A stretch of DNA of 64,000 nt from Actinomycetota bacterium (GCA_017857875.1 JAFMCH010000003.1:9390-73389), one strand, 5' to 3'; shown: positions 41,162-53,668, counted from the first letter of the stretch. Notes: generated by a model not told the origin, from the sequence alone. A program made the numbers and translations.

Positions 41162-44100
41162 ATGACGAGTACAACCGCCGCACCCGCGTCCGTTGATTCA
41201 CTGGCCGCAGACACCACGGTCACCAACCGGGCGATCTCTCGAGCCACGCGCCTGCTCGATGGTGCTCTGGCACAAACGAGCAGGCGCGAGCGCCGCAGCG
41301 CCCAGCGTCTGGGTCGGCTGCTGGCTGATGAAGCAGGGCGCGATCTGTTGTTGGATCTCACCGACCAGGTTTTACGTATCCGTGATCGCCACCGTGCGGC
41401 CCGACGCCTGCATGATCTGGTTGCGGGTGGTGTTCCCGCATCGCTGGGATTCATTGACGGCCTCGGGTTGCGAATGCTCGGCCTCATAGCTCCCCTCATG
41501 CCGTGGGTGGCAGAGCGCGCAGTGGATTGGCGCGTGGGTGGAGAAACCAAGGGCGTCATCCTGCCGGCGGAGAATCGGCCCTTCAGCCGCTACGTGGCCC
41601 AACGCTCGGATGCAGGATTTCGACTCAACATCAATGTCTTGGGTGAGGCCATCCTTAGCGACGCGGAGGCCGATGCGCGCTTTGACATGGTAGCTGCACG
41701 ACTTCGCCGACCAGACGTCAATTACGTATCGGTCAAGATTTCGGCCCTGTGCGCAAACCTAGATGTGTTGGCCTGGGACGACTCCCTTGACCGCATCACG
41801 AAACGACTAGCCGAGTTGTACCGAATCGCTGCCGCACATAATTCCTTTGTCAATCTCGACATGGAAGAACACCGCGATCTGGACATGTCGGTTGAGGCAT
41901 TCATAAGCGTCCTTGATCAACCAGAGTTTCATCAACTACGTGCGGGCATTGTTCTCCAGGCATATATGCCTGACTCGCATGCAGCTCTCGACCGGTTGTG
42001 CCAGTGGGCGAATGCTCGTTACGCAAACGGTGGCGCCGGAATCAAGATTCGTCTCGTCAAGGGCGCCAATCTCGCGATGGAGCAAGTGGAAGCCGAGCAG
42101 CACGACTGGCCTCAGGCTCCCTACCACACCAAAGATGATGTTGATGCCTCCTATAAGTTGATGCTGCACAACGCTTTATCCTGGGGTACCCCAGGCGCCG
42201 TCAGCCTTGGTGTTGCTTCACATAATCTCTTTGACGTGGCCTGGGCGCTGACCTTGCGTGATGAATTGAATGCCGCTGATCGCCTCGAAATCGAAATGCT
42301 GGAGGGTATGGCCCCGGCACAGGCGCGCGTGGTCCGTGATGAGTGCAACTCACTGCTGCTGTACGCACCCGTGGTGGAAAAGCGGGATCGCGACGCCTCT
42401 ATCGCATACCTTTCTCGTCGACTTGACGAGAATTCCGGACCGGAGAACTTCCTGCGAGCACTGTTTGATTTGACCCCTGATTCTCCTGCCTGGCAACGCG
42501 AAACCGATCGCTTCACACGGTCACTTAGGCGCATCCATGAAGTGCCGACAACGACGTTTCGAGTACAAGATCGCACCAGCGAGCACATTCAATTCCCCAC
42601 CGATGGTTCCTTCGACAATGTGGCTGATACCGACTTCACCACGCCCGCTAATCGTGTGTGGGCGGCGAACATTCTTTCCTCAGCCAGGCCCGCAGACCCC
42701 GCGCCAGTCGACACCATCGCCGGAGTCGATGAAGTAATTGCTCGCGCTATCAGTGCTCAGCAACAGTGGGCGGCGAGCACCTGGCAGTCACGCCGCGATC
42801 TGCTCGCCGTGATGGCCGAAACTTTGGCTGCACACCGGGGCGACCTACTCACCGTGATGGCCACCACCACTGGCAAGACTCTTCGCGAGGGCGATCCGGA
42901 GGTGAGTGAGGGCATCGACTTCGTTACCTACGCCGGACACCTCACCGTCGCGCACGAGGCTCTAGCAGCCGGTGAGAATTCGGCACTCACCTGGCAACCC
43001 CATCCGGTCACCGTTGTTGCCGGGCCGTGGAACTTTCCGTTCGCTATCCCTGTCGCCGGACTCGTTCACGCCGTGGCTTCGGGAGGCGTGGCGATTTTGA
43101 AGCCCGCCCCGGAAGCACGCGCGGTGGGCGCTCTGATCGTGTCGTTAATGCAGCAGGCCTGCGTCCAGGCCGGTGTATCCACCGATCTCGTACAGCTGGC
43201 CTGCACACCGGACACGGAGGTCGGTGCGCACCTAATCACTCACGACGACGTATCCAAGGTGATTTTGACCGGCAGTTTCGCAACCGCCGAAATGTTTCAT
43301 ACCTGGAAGCCCACCCTGCGGCTCAATGCTGAGGCGAGCGGAAAGAACTCACTAATCATCACTGCCGCAGCAGATATGGACCAGGCGATCAAGGACCTCG
43401 TCAAGTCTGCTTTCGGCCATGCCGGGCAGAAGTGTTCGGCAGCGAGTTTGGCCATCGTGGAGGCATCCGTCTTTGATGACCCGAGTTTCGCATCCAGGTT
43501 GGCCGATGCCGCTCGGTCGCTGACCACGGGTGCTGCACTTGATCCGGCGACCATCGTCGGCCCGGTTATCGCCGAACCTAGCGGCGCCCTCGCCCAAGCA
43601 CTAACGTCGCTGGGAGCAGAAGAGAGTTGGCTGGTTGCCCCGCGCGAGCTAGCCCCGCGTACCTGGACTCCGTCCGTGCGATGGAATACGCAGCCTGACT
43701 CGTGGTTCCACCTGACCGAGTGTTTTGGCCCGGTGCTGGGGATTATGCGTGCAGACAACCTCGACCACGCCATCGATCTGCAAAATGCCACGCAGTACGG
43801 ACTCACCGGTGGGCTGCACAGCCTTGATCCCGGCGAGATCGACCTATGGCTGGACCGCGTGCAAGTGGGCAATGCCTATGTCAACCGGCACATCACCGGT
43901 GCGATCGTGCAGCGACAGCCCTTCGGTGGCTGGAAGCGCTCGAGCATTGGCGCGGGCGCTAAGCCCGGTGGCCCGGGCTACCTGCACAATTTCGGCACCT
44001 GGAACTGCGCAAGCGACGACGTCGATGCGGCAACACGATCCCTGCAGTCGGCCTGGGACAACCACTTCGGCATCGATCACGATCCAACCGGACTGCGATC

Positions 44101-44446
44101 TGAGCGCAATATTCTGCGGTATCACCCACTGGATGGCGTCGTCGTGGTGTGTGACGAGAACACCCCGGCCGGACACAAAGCAATCGCCTCTGCTGCCGCA
44201 CGACTGTCAGGCACGCCGCTCATCTGGGCGGATGATGACCTTATCAACACACTGTCCACACTCAACGTTGAGCGACTTCGACTCCTGGCACCGGTCAGCG
44301 ATGACGTACTCGCTGCCGCGCACGCGGCGGGCATTGCCGTGGATGATCACCCGATGTGTTCAGTTGGTGAAATCGAACTGGGGCACTGGGTGAAGGAGCA
44401 AGCCATTTCGATCACCCGCCACCGCCATGGGCGCTTGCTGAACTAG
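41162..44446 (+). CDS. putA: Bifunctional proline dehydrogenase / L-glutamate-gamma-semialdehyde dehydrogenase
   Basis: A PRODH barrel (VSVKISAL, RLVKGAN) is followed by an ALDH module (catalytic Cys in GQKCSAAS). The longest ORF starts with GTG at 41120 and overlaps the divergent AraC start. The ATG at 41162 is offered as an alternative. Confidence 0.9.
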   Translation: MTSTTAAPASVDSLAADTTVTNRAISRATRLLDGALAQTSRRERRSAQRLGRLLADEAGRDLLLDLTDQVLRIRDRHRAARRLHDLVAGGVPASLGFIDGLGLRMLGLIAPLMPWVAERAVDWRVGGETKGVILPAENRPFSRYVAQRSDAGFRLNINVLGEAILSDAEADARFDMVAARLRRPDVNYVSVKISALCANLDVLAWDDSLDRITKRLAELYRIAAAHNSFVNLDMEEHRDLDMSVEAFISVLDQPEFHQLRAGIVLQAYMPDSHAALDRLCQWANARYANGGAGIKIRLVKGANLAMEQVEAEQHDWPQAPYHTKDDVDASYKLMLHNALSWGTPGAVSLGVASHNLFDVAWALTLRDELNAADRLEIEMLEGMAPAQARVVRDECNSLLLYAPVVEKRDRDASIAYLSRRLDENSGPENFLRALFDLTPDSPAWQRETDRFTRSLRRIHEVPTTTFRVQDRTSEHIQFPTDGSFDNVADTDFTTPANRVWAANILSSARPADPAPVDTIAGVDEVIARAISAQQQWAASTWQSRRDLLAVMAETLAAHRGDLLTVMATTTGKTLREGDPEVSEGIDFVTYAGHLTVAHEALAAGENSALTWQPHPVTVVAGPWNFPFAIPVAGLVHAVASGGVAILKPAPEARAVGALIVSLMQQACVQAGVSTDLVQLACTPDTEVGAHLITHDDVSKVILTGSFATAEMFHTWKPTLRLNAEASGKNSLIITAAADMDQAIKDLVKSAFGHAGQKCSAASLAIVEASVFDDPSFASRLADAARSLTTGAALDPATIVGPVIAEPSGALAQALTSLGAEESWLVAPRELAPRTWTPSVRWNTQPDSWFHLTECFGPVLGIMRADNLDHAIDLQNATQYGLTGGLHSLDPGEIDLWLDRVQVGNAYVNRHITGAIVQRQPFGGWKRSSIGAGAKPGGPGYLHNFGTWNCASDDVDAATRSLQSAWDNHFGIDHDPTGLRSERNILRYHPLDGVVVVCDENTPAGHKAIASAAARLSGTPLIWADDDLINTLSTLNVERLRLLAPVSDDVLAAAHAAGIAVDDHPMCSVGEIELGHWVKEQAISITRHRHGRLLN

Positions 44447-45690
44447 CCGCGCGTCTGATTGCGCCCGAGTTGATCGATCATGCGATCCACCTCGGTCAAG
44501 ATCGCACCACCAAGCACGAGCGCACCGGTATCGTCCAAAGTCTTCAGGCTCGCAGCCGATCGCATGCGTTCTTCGGCCACGGCGTCAAGGGCACGCAGGA
44601 CTCCGGTCGGCGGCTCGCCTCCCTCCCCAATCAACGTTGACATTGCTGAGGCGTGCACTTCCAGGGCAGCCCCGGTGGAGGTGAGCATCGCTCCCAGACC
44701 ATCAGGCACTGCGACATCACCGCGGGCAGTGGCATCGAACAGGCCACGAGCGATGTCGTTGACCTGGGCAGTGGTTTGCGAGATGACGGTGAACTGATCA
44801 CGAATCGCCTGGCCACGAGTTGGCCGGGAGCGCGCAGCGTTAGCCATCATCGGGCTGCCCATGGCCAGATCGTCGAGGGTTTCCCCCATCTTGCGGACTT
44901 CGACCGCAAGACTCCTGCTGGCGGTGAGCCACTCGGCGGCCTGCCTTCGCGTGCAGCCATCAGAAGTATCTCGCCCAATCTGCACCAGCAAAGCCCCCAG
45001 GCGATAACTGATATCTGATAACTGCTCTGTCACGCGCTCCTGTGGCCGCTCTGGATGAGCGATGAATGAAAATACGACTCCTACCACCACACCGATCAAA
45101 GTGGCAAAAATGCGCTGCACCACAACATCATTGGTGATGCCCTCGCCCAGCACGTAAACGAACAGAGCCATAGCGGGTACCTGCAGCGAGCCATCAGAAC
45201 CCAACCGCATGACGCGACCGATGACCAATGACACGGCAACAAGAACACCGGCCGTCCACACGTGCAAACCCCACACCTGGTAGAGCGCGAAGGCAGCGAT
45301 CATGGCAGCGGCGGTGGCGGCCACCAGAGAAACTCCGGTACGTAAGGAACGATTGAGGGATAACGCCACCGTCAACACCGAAGCGACGGCTGCGGGCACC
45401 GGGGCGGCAATTCCGACCACGGAGGCAGCGGCCCATGCAACTGCGGCGGCCACCGAGGTGACCATGATCCACCAGGCGGTGACCCAGGTGCGCGCGAGGC
45501 CGCGAGCTGAACGCCCGGCCAGGCTCGTTGGACGGAATCGCCCAGCCACATGGTCGAGGCGAGCCTGGATCGCACGCGAGAAGGTGCGAAGTAACTGTCC
45601 GGGAGTACGCGGCGAGACGCGGTGACCCGCGCTGGACGCGGCGGTACTGCTCATAACGGGGCCTCCAGGGGCATCACCAAAGTGTCGCAT
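44443..45690 (-). CDS. FUSC / aromatic-acid-exporter-like membrane protein
   Basis: An N-terminal block of ~5 TM helices is followed by a long helical cytoplasmic domain. The start is uncertain (alternative Met at 45654). Confidence 0.5.
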   Translation of the reverse strand: MRHFGDAPGGPVMSSTAASSAGHRVSPRTPGQLLRTFSRAIQARLDHVAGRFRPTSLAGRSARGLARTWVTAWWIMVTSVAAAVAWAAASVVGIAAPVPAAVASVLTVALSLNRSLRTGVSLVAATAAAMIAAFALYQVWGLHVWTAGVLVAVSLVIGRVMRLGSDGSLQVPAMALFVYVLGEGITNDVVVQRIFATLIGVVVGVVFSFIAHPERPQERVTEQLSDISYRLGALLVQIGRDTSDGCTRRQAAEWLTASRSLAVEVRKMGETLDDLAMGSPMMANAARSRPTRGQAIRDQFTVISQTTAQVNDIARGLFDATARGDVAVPDGLGAMLTSTGAALEVHASAMSTLIGEGGEPPTGVLRALDAVAEERMRSAASLKTLDDTGALVLGGAILTEVDRMIDQLGRNQTRG

Positions 45691-45725
45691 TAATGTCTCA
45701 AAAGTGTCTCATTTCCCTGGCAGGC

Positions 45726-46424
45726 TTACTCCGGCGGGGCCTGACCCAGCACACCCGAACGTCGAGCCGCCAGCACGGCGTCGTGCCGTGAGTGCACGTG
45801 GAGTTGGCGATACACATGCAAGGCGTCGGCACGTACCGTCGCGGCGCTGTAGCCCAGTCGGGTCGCAATTTGGGAGTTGGTGCAGCCCTCGGCCATTAGT
45901 TCGAGCATCTGCACCTGACGCGTGGTCAGGCGCGGGTTCAGCACAGGTTCGTCGGGCACCCCTCGGATCGGTGAATACTGGCGTAGGTGCCAGCCCAATA
46001 ATTCGGTAATCGATGACCACACCAAGGCATCGGGGTCGAGTCCACCAGGGGCGGAAAAACTTATCGCCAACGCACCAACGGTCAGTCCGCGGTCTCGCAC
46101 GGGCAAAACCATGGTGATCACACCGGCCGAGGTCATGCCATGCAGACCCGGGTATCGCTCCCCCAAATCTCGATGGCTGTCAAAGATCAGGGGTTTGCCG
46201 GTACGCACAGCATCAGTGAGCGGATTGTGGGTCCATATCGAAACCCGTGCCGTTGCACTGAGGTCATCGCTTGCATACCCATAACTACCGACGACGATCA
46301 ACTGGCCGTTCATGTCCATATGCGCCAGCACCGCCCCACGGGCGGACGCCTCGAAGAGAACCTCAAGCACGAGGCTGCGCATCAGCATCATGGAATCGGC
46401 AGCATCAGAGATCACGCCGATCAT
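45726..46424 (-). CDS. LuxR family regulator with N-terminal GAF-like domain
   Basis: Has a C-terminal LuxR helix-turn-helix (LTTRQVQMLELMAEGCTNSQIATRLGYSAATVR) and an N-terminal ~150-aa sensor-like domain. Confidence 0.7.
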   Translation of the reverse strand: MIGVISDAADSMMLMRSLVLEVLFEASARGAVLAHMDMNGQLIVVGSYGYASDDLSATARVSIWTHNPLTDAVRTGKPLIFDSHRDLGERYPGLHGMTSAGVITMVLPVRDRGLTVGALAISFSAPGGLDPDALVWSSITELLGWHLRQYSPIRGVPDEPVLNPRLTTRQVQMLELMAEGCTNSQIATRLGYSAATVRADALHVYRQLHVHSRHDAVLAARRSGVLGQAPPE

Positions 46425-46484
46425 GCGCTGCAGTGCTCGAAGGTCGTTGATGGCAGCGACTTCCTCATCTGCTCGTGCGGGTCA

Positions 46485-46519
46485 GGTTCACATCCAGGTG
46501 AGGATCACCGATGTGAACC
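46485..46519. terminator. Strong stem-loop in the 227-bp pepSY/luxR spacer (U-tail-less terminator or operator)
   Basis: GGTTCACATC pairs perfectly with GATGTGAACC. An inner GGTGA/TCACC stem closes a 3-nt loop, giving 15 bp in total with a 2-nt bulge. There is no T-run on either strand. Confidence 0.35.
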
Positions 46520-46651
46520 GCGCGCAACCACACGCAAGGGTGAATCTGTGGACTACAGGAGTCTGGAACATCTGTTCGCGGTCCTGAGCCCGGATAGTCG
46601 GGTTATAGCCATTGCTAAGCCGGCTATTTTCTATCACCAGCGCTGCCAGCT

Positions 46652-47212
46652 CTAGTCAGCCGGCTCACTCAAGAGCACACGACCTGAATTGGCATCTACG
46701 TAGACCTCTGAACTACCGCCGGAGCCCCGCACGATGACCGACCACACGACGATGCCGTCTTCCCGATCAAGATCGAATGCGGTGACGCGACCACCTGTCT
46801 GAGCCGCGAGGGCTGCCGTGATGCCCTCCTGGGCGGTCAGTGCAGGCAGGGTGCCGCGAGCGAGGTCAGACAATCGCTCGGGCTGCTCACGCAGTATCTC
46901 GCCCGTCACTGCATCAACGTAGACCTCAATACCTTCGATGTTTGGGTCGCGGACCTCAATCGACCAGGCAGAGCGACCTGCCTCATCGGTGAGGTCACCC
47001 TCAACAGCAACCCCTGCCACGGAAGCCAAGGCCACCTCTATGGCAGCGGTCACATCCAGCTGAGCATCGGTAGTTATCGGCGTGGACGTTGGCTCGGACG
47101 TCGCAGTTGCCGTGACGGTCTGCGTGATGACGGTGTCGCTCGTGCCCGAACACGCCACCAACATAAGTCCGGCAAGCCCCACCAAGGCCGTGATGCTCAA
47201 TGTGCTTTTCAT
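46652..47212 (-). CDS. PepSY-domain lipoprotein
   Basis: I trimmed the start to MKSTLSITALVGLAGLMLVACSG, which carries a lipobox (LVAC). Two PepSY-like repeats follow. It lies downstream of katG. Confidence 0.68.
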   Translation of the reverse strand: MKSTLSITALVGLAGLMLVACSGTSDTVITQTVTATATSEPTSTPITTDAQLDVTAAIEVALASVAGVAVEGDLTDEAGRSAWSIEVRDPNIEGIEVYVDAVTGEILREQPERLSDLARGTLPALTAQEGITAALAAQTGGRVTAFDLDREDGIVVWSVIVRGSGGSSEVYVDANSGRVLLSEPAD

Positions 47213-47309
47213 ACATTTCTGTCTACCCCGACCCGCGCCTTCGGGGCAAGCCACGGCACACGAACGCCGGGCAAGGTTTCCCTCACCCGGCGTTCGTGTG
47301 TACGTGTGA

Positions 47310-49514
<2,205 letters not shown>

Positions 49515-49961
49515 TTACCGGGTGATGTGGTGGGTGTGGCACTCGGGGCATCGCCCCCAGTAGGCAACCTCGGCTTCATCAATGACGAATCCTTGGTCAT
49601 TTCGGGCAGTCAAGCAGGGAGTGTCGCCGACCGCGCAGTCAACGTCGACAACGCAGCCGCAATCGCGGCAAATGAGATGGTGATGGTTATCGCCAACGCG
49701 ATCTTCGAATAACGCGGGCGAACCCTCAGGCTGAATGCGCCGCAGGAGCCCGACTTGAACGAGCACATGGAGTGCGTCATAAACCGATTGCTTCGAAATG
49801 GATCCGATCTCGGCCCGTGAGGCCTCGGCAACTTCGTCCGCCGTGATATGCGGCTTGTGTGAAACGGCCTGCATGACCGCCAGCCGTTGAGCGGTTATGT
49901 GGTGGCCGTGTTCGCGCAGCATGTCGACCCAACGATCGGTGTCGGTGCGCACATGAACCAT
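49515..49961 (-). CDS. furA: Fur family transcriptional regulator (FurA-type, upstream of katG)
   Basis: 148 aa with an HHHLIC motif and CxxC pairs. It shows the classical furA-katG arrangement. Confidence 0.9.
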   Translation of the reverse strand: MVHVRTDTDRWVDMLREHGHHITAQRLAVMQAVSHKPHITADEVAEASRAEIGSISKQSVYDALHVLVQVGLLRRIQPEGSPALFEDRVGDNHHHLICRDCGCVVDVDCAVGDTPCLTARNDQGFVIDEAEVAYWGRCPECHTHHITR

Positions 49962-49982
49962 GACCCCACCGTATCGAGAGTT

Positions 49983-49997
49983 TTGGACTCAGTCAAA
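49983..49997. promoter_or_regulatory. AT-rich imperfect palindrome upstream of furA (candidate Fur box)
   Basis: TTGGACT-C-AGTCAAA lies ~25 bp upstream of the furA start, with 6 of 7 arm positions complementary. It is the most AT-rich patch of the spacer. Confidence 0.3.
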
Positions 49998-50086
49998 GTT
50001 TACCAATGTTCGCCTATGAGGCCGCTACAGTTCGGCGTAGCGGTGCAGCGAGGAAGCACCCAGACGTATCTGAGGAGGACACCATC

Positions 50087-50362
50087 ATGAGTGAAGAGAA
50101 CCCCGTCGTCGTGCAACCGGCCAAGCCGACCGTGACCGCCAGCGGCGAACCGATCAGCCCTAAGTCCCGCGCTGTGGCGGCGATCTTGGCCTGGTTCCTC
50201 GGCATCTTTGGTATTCACCGGTTTTATGTCGGCAAGAACGGTACGGGCATCTTGATGATCGTGACGCTCGGCGGTATCGGCATCTGGACGCTGATCGACT
50301 TCGTCATGATCGTGGTCGGCTCGTTCCGAGATAAGGAAAACCGCGTTCTCGCCAACTGGTGA
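50087..50362 (+). CDS. TM2 domain-containing membrane protein
   Basis: Contains the TM2 signature AILAWFLGIFGIHRFYVGK...GILMIVTLGGIGIWTLIDF. I trimmed the start to MSEENPVV. Confidence 0.8.
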   Translation: MSEENPVVVQPAKPTVTASGEPISPKSRAVAAILAWFLGIFGIHRFYVGKNGTGILMIVTLGGIGIWTLIDFVMIVVGSFRDKENRVLANW

Positions 50363-50390
50363 TCCCGCGAAAAAGAATCGGGCGAAGATT

Positions 50391-50711
50391 TCAAGGTGAC
50401 TGGGGTTTGGCGCGGCGAGTCGCTATCGGCACCATGACGAGCATGGCCGCCCCCACCAACACCCACGAAATCACGCCCACTGATTCTTGATCGGCGAGCA
50501 GCGCGTCGGTAATGATGCGGATGCCGAAAATGCCCACGATCCAGGCTCCGGTGATGATGATCCCCGGCCCGGCGAACCAGTCGCTCATCCATTGGCGCGC
50601 CTCCCGCTTCACGCCCGTACGCTGCTGCTGAACCACCGCGCGCACGACCATGACCAAGACCGGCCACACCAAAATGGCGATCGACCCGAAGATGGCGATG
50701 AATCCCTGCAT
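50391..50711 (-). CDS. Hypothetical small membrane protein
   Basis: The ~106-aa version starting at MQGFIAIFG has three hydrophobic helices. The longest ORF reaches 50831. Both the gene and its start are uncertain. Confidence 0.35.
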   Translation of the reverse strand: MQGFIAIFGSIAILVWPVLVMVVRAVVQQQRTGVKREARQWMSDWFAGPGIIITGAWIVGIFGIRIITDALLADQESVGVISWVLVGAAMLVMVPIATRRAKPQSP

Positions 50712-50827
50712 ACGTACACAATGCCGATAGTTGGGCAAAGGCGCATGCGCGACCCCGGCATTACCGAGCGCAAGCCGAGGGATCCCCTCCAATATCGGAC
50801 AAAAAGCTCCAAAGCGGCGGGTCGTCG

Positions 50828-52291
50828 TCACTGCCGCCGGCGGCGCGAGGGCGGTGGGCGGCGCGATCCGTGGCGTTCCAACAACTCCCTCGTGGATCCA
50901 TCACCTCGAATCCGCTGACGAACTGCCCCGATTCGGCGTTTGGCCTGAGAGACCGCCGCTGAGTGATCAACAATCGGGTCGGGGTACTCGTCTCGTTTTT
51001 CGGGTGCCACTAGCCACGGTGTAGCCAGCAGATCAAGGGGAACGTCGCGCAATTCCGGGACCCACCGACGCACGAACACACCGGTCGGGTCATGATCAAG
51101 TTGTTGCTTCACCGGGTCGTACACCCGTAGGGCGTTCATCCCGGTCACACCGGACTGCATTTGAATCTGCGGCCAGTGGATGCCGGGGTCGTAGTCGGCA
51201 AACCAGCGCGCCAAAATGCCGCCGGTTGTCTGCCAGGGCAGCCACAGGTCGTACGAAGCAAATGATGTGAGCATTGAACGCATGCGAAAGGTGGTCCAAC
51301 CTGTTGATGCCAATGATCGAGCAACTGCATCAACCATCGGGTAACCAGTTCGCCCATGCGTCAACGCGTGAAGTGCGTCGTCATTAGGAGTATCCGGTCG
51401 AAGGCCATCGAACGCCGGATGCAGCGAGCGTTGTTCGATAAAGGGAGCATCCTCGAGTTTCTGGGTGAAGTGATCTCGCCATGCGAGACGTTCGGCGAAG
51501 GCAAACATGGACTTGCGTGGTGCGGCCGGTTCCCCCGCACGCACCTCCGCACGCTTGTGCACCTCTCGTGCGCTTAACGTGCCCAGTGCCAAATGAACCG
51601 ATAGGCGCGAGCAGCCGTTCCAGCCACTAACCGGGCTAGATAGATTCCGCTCATAGCCCACCGATCGCTCGGTCAGCCACGAACGCATGACCTGGCGCCC
51701 AGAGACTTCACCGCCTGGCTGGCGATCCACCATCGTCTCGACCACAACACCGAGCTCGGCGAGGTCGGGAATCGGACCTGGATCAACTCCGCTTGATCGA
51801 ATCGCCGTCGGCACCGGTACGAGTGGCAGGGAAAACTGCTGCATCCGCTGCTTGCTCCAACGATCACGCGATGCAAGACCGCGCACCGCACCACTTTGCC
51901 GATGTTCGAGGTACTGCACGCTGCGCTGTCGACACCATTGCGCCACATCTTCGTCGCGCTGCCAGGTGGTCAGCACGCCGAACTCCTCGTGTGAATGGAC
52001 TGTCGCGAAGGGATGAGCGCGATGTAGTTCGTCAAACACGTCAGTGACCTCGCCCACACGCACGATCAGCGGTGCACCGGCGGCGGCTAGAGACTCGCGC
52101 AGATCGCGCAGACTCTCACGAACAAGTTGCACGTGACGCCCGGCGGTATGTGGGTGAGTGAGAAGGCTGGGTTCAAAAATGTAGATGGGCAACACGGGCC
52201 CGCCGGTGTCGACGGCGGCACCTAACGCGACGTTGTCATGAATGCGAAGATCGCGCTTGAACCACACCACCTGCACATCGCGACGACCCAC
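50828..52291 (-). CDS. Cryptochrome/photolyase family protein
   Basis: 487 aa with an N-terminal photolyase alpha/beta domain (VVWFKRDLRIHDN) and FAD-domain blocks (WRDHF, TGYPMVDA). Confidence 0.85.
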   Translation of the reverse strand: MGRRDVQVVWFKRDLRIHDNVALGAAVDTGGPVLPIYIFEPSLLTHPHTAGRHVQLVRESLRDLRESLAAAGAPLIVRVGEVTDVFDELHRAHPFATVHSHEEFGVLTTWQRDEDVAQWCRQRSVQYLEHRQSGAVRGLASRDRWSKQRMQQFSLPLVPVPTAIRSSGVDPGPIPDLAELGVVVETMVDRQPGGEVSGRQVMRSWLTERSVGYERNLSSPVSGWNGCSRLSVHLALGTLSAREVHKRAEVRAGEPAAPRKSMFAFAERLAWRDHFTQKLEDAPFIEQRSLHPAFDGLRPDTPNDDALHALTHGRTGYPMVDAVARSLASTGWTTFRMRSMLTSFASYDLWLPWQTTGGILARWFADYDPGIHWPQIQMQSGVTGMNALRVYDPVKQQLDHDPTGVFVRRWVPELRDVPLDLLATPWLVAPEKRDEYPDPIVDHSAAVSQAKRRIGAVRQRIRGDGSTRELLERHGSRRPPPSRRRRQ

Positions 52292-52333
52292 GCCCTGAGC
52301 CTATGGACACGAGAGAGTTCTCGCCTGCTCTAG

Positions 52334-53668
52334 CTATGTGCGTCGTGGTGGTGGGTGGGTGGTCCAGTGTTTGTGGTGGAAGCGTTGGTGGAAGGTGAGT
52401 TGGGTGTTGGCGTCACCGTGCATGGTCCAGTCGCCGTGGTGGATGAGCCGGTGATGGTAGTAACACAGGCCAGCGAGGTTGATCATCGTGGTGTGGCCAC
52501 CGTGTGAGGCGTAAATAATGTGATGGACCTCATCGATGCGTTGCGCGCAGTGGGGGAACCGGCAGTGGGTGTCGCGTGAGATGACGGCTTTACGGATGTG
52601 GGCTGGCACGGCACGGACATTTTGCAGCGTGGCGATGATCTGTCCCTCAGCGTTGATCATCAGTGGGCTGATCACCCCATCACAGGCCAGACGTTGAGCA
52701 CTGGCCGCGGTGACGGCGGCATGGGGGACCCCGAACCGTTCTAGGACACCCATCGCGTGGTGTTGGGAATCAGCGAGCAAGGAATCCAACGCGATAGTGA
52801 CCGACAGTACGGGCCGGGCACCATTGACCTGGGGTAACACGTAACTGCCAGCCTCATCGCGGGCAGCTACCGCGGCGGTGACTAGGCGCTGCAAAGCATC
52901 AACATTGCGTTGACTCACCGCCACCCACGCCTCCCCCTCACATTCAAGTGCAGGTGCAGATGCAGGTGCGGGTGCGGGGGTGGTGGCATCGGGGGTGGTG
53001 GTCACATCGCGGCGGGCAGCCTCTAGGGCGTTGACAAACAGTGCCCCGACCTCAGGGGGCAACAGCCCATCGACTCGTACCGCACCATGCAGGGTGGTCG
53101 AGGCACGCAGGTAGTAGTCGTGACGGCGGTCATGGCCATCAGCATCGACCGCATCCGGGTCCACCCGATGACACAACGCGAGCAGGTCACGTTCGAACCG
53201 GTGAGGATCAGCGACCCGCGCCAGTTCCACAATATGTTCCTCCGCCTGGGTCAACATGATCCCCAACCGGGGAAACCTTTGATGGGCTTTGGCTAACACC
53301 TGCAGATGCCCCGCCGAGACCACACCATCGCCAAACGCGGCCCCCATCACCCGATACTTTCGCTGCATGATCCCCAACCGGGTCATGCGGGCGACCCCAC
53401 CACGGGAATCATTCACCCGACCAGTGATCCATGCCTGACCTGACCGGGCCCCATCCACACCCCACGCACCCTACACACAAAACCGGTCAGCCAACCGGGC
53501 CTGCGTGGCCTCGAGTTGTCTGAGCTGGGCCCCCAACGCCACCACCACCTCACCCACACCAGCACCGGGCAGATCAGCGGCATCAATATTGGCGAGCACC
53601 TCAAGGCCCTGGGCCACCATGGCGACCCCATCAGCAACACTAAAGGCACATCCCCCGTTATCGAACAT
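52334..53668 (-). pseudogene. DUF222 / HNH endonuclease gene interrupted by one in-frame TAG
   Basis: The C-terminal ORF (52334-53458) has the HNH block (HCRFPHC...DEVHHIIY...YYHHRLIHHG). The 65-aa ORF at 53471-53668 has a DUF222-type N-terminus in the same frame. The two are separated only by TAG at 53471-53473 plus 4 sense codons. Confidence 0.7.

Noticed and set aside
40834-41559. 241-aa minus-strand ORF spanning the AraC/putA junction
   Set aside because: It has an Arg/Ser/Pro-rich low-complexity translation. It overlaps two well-supported genes on both strands, so I treat it as a GC-artefact ORF.
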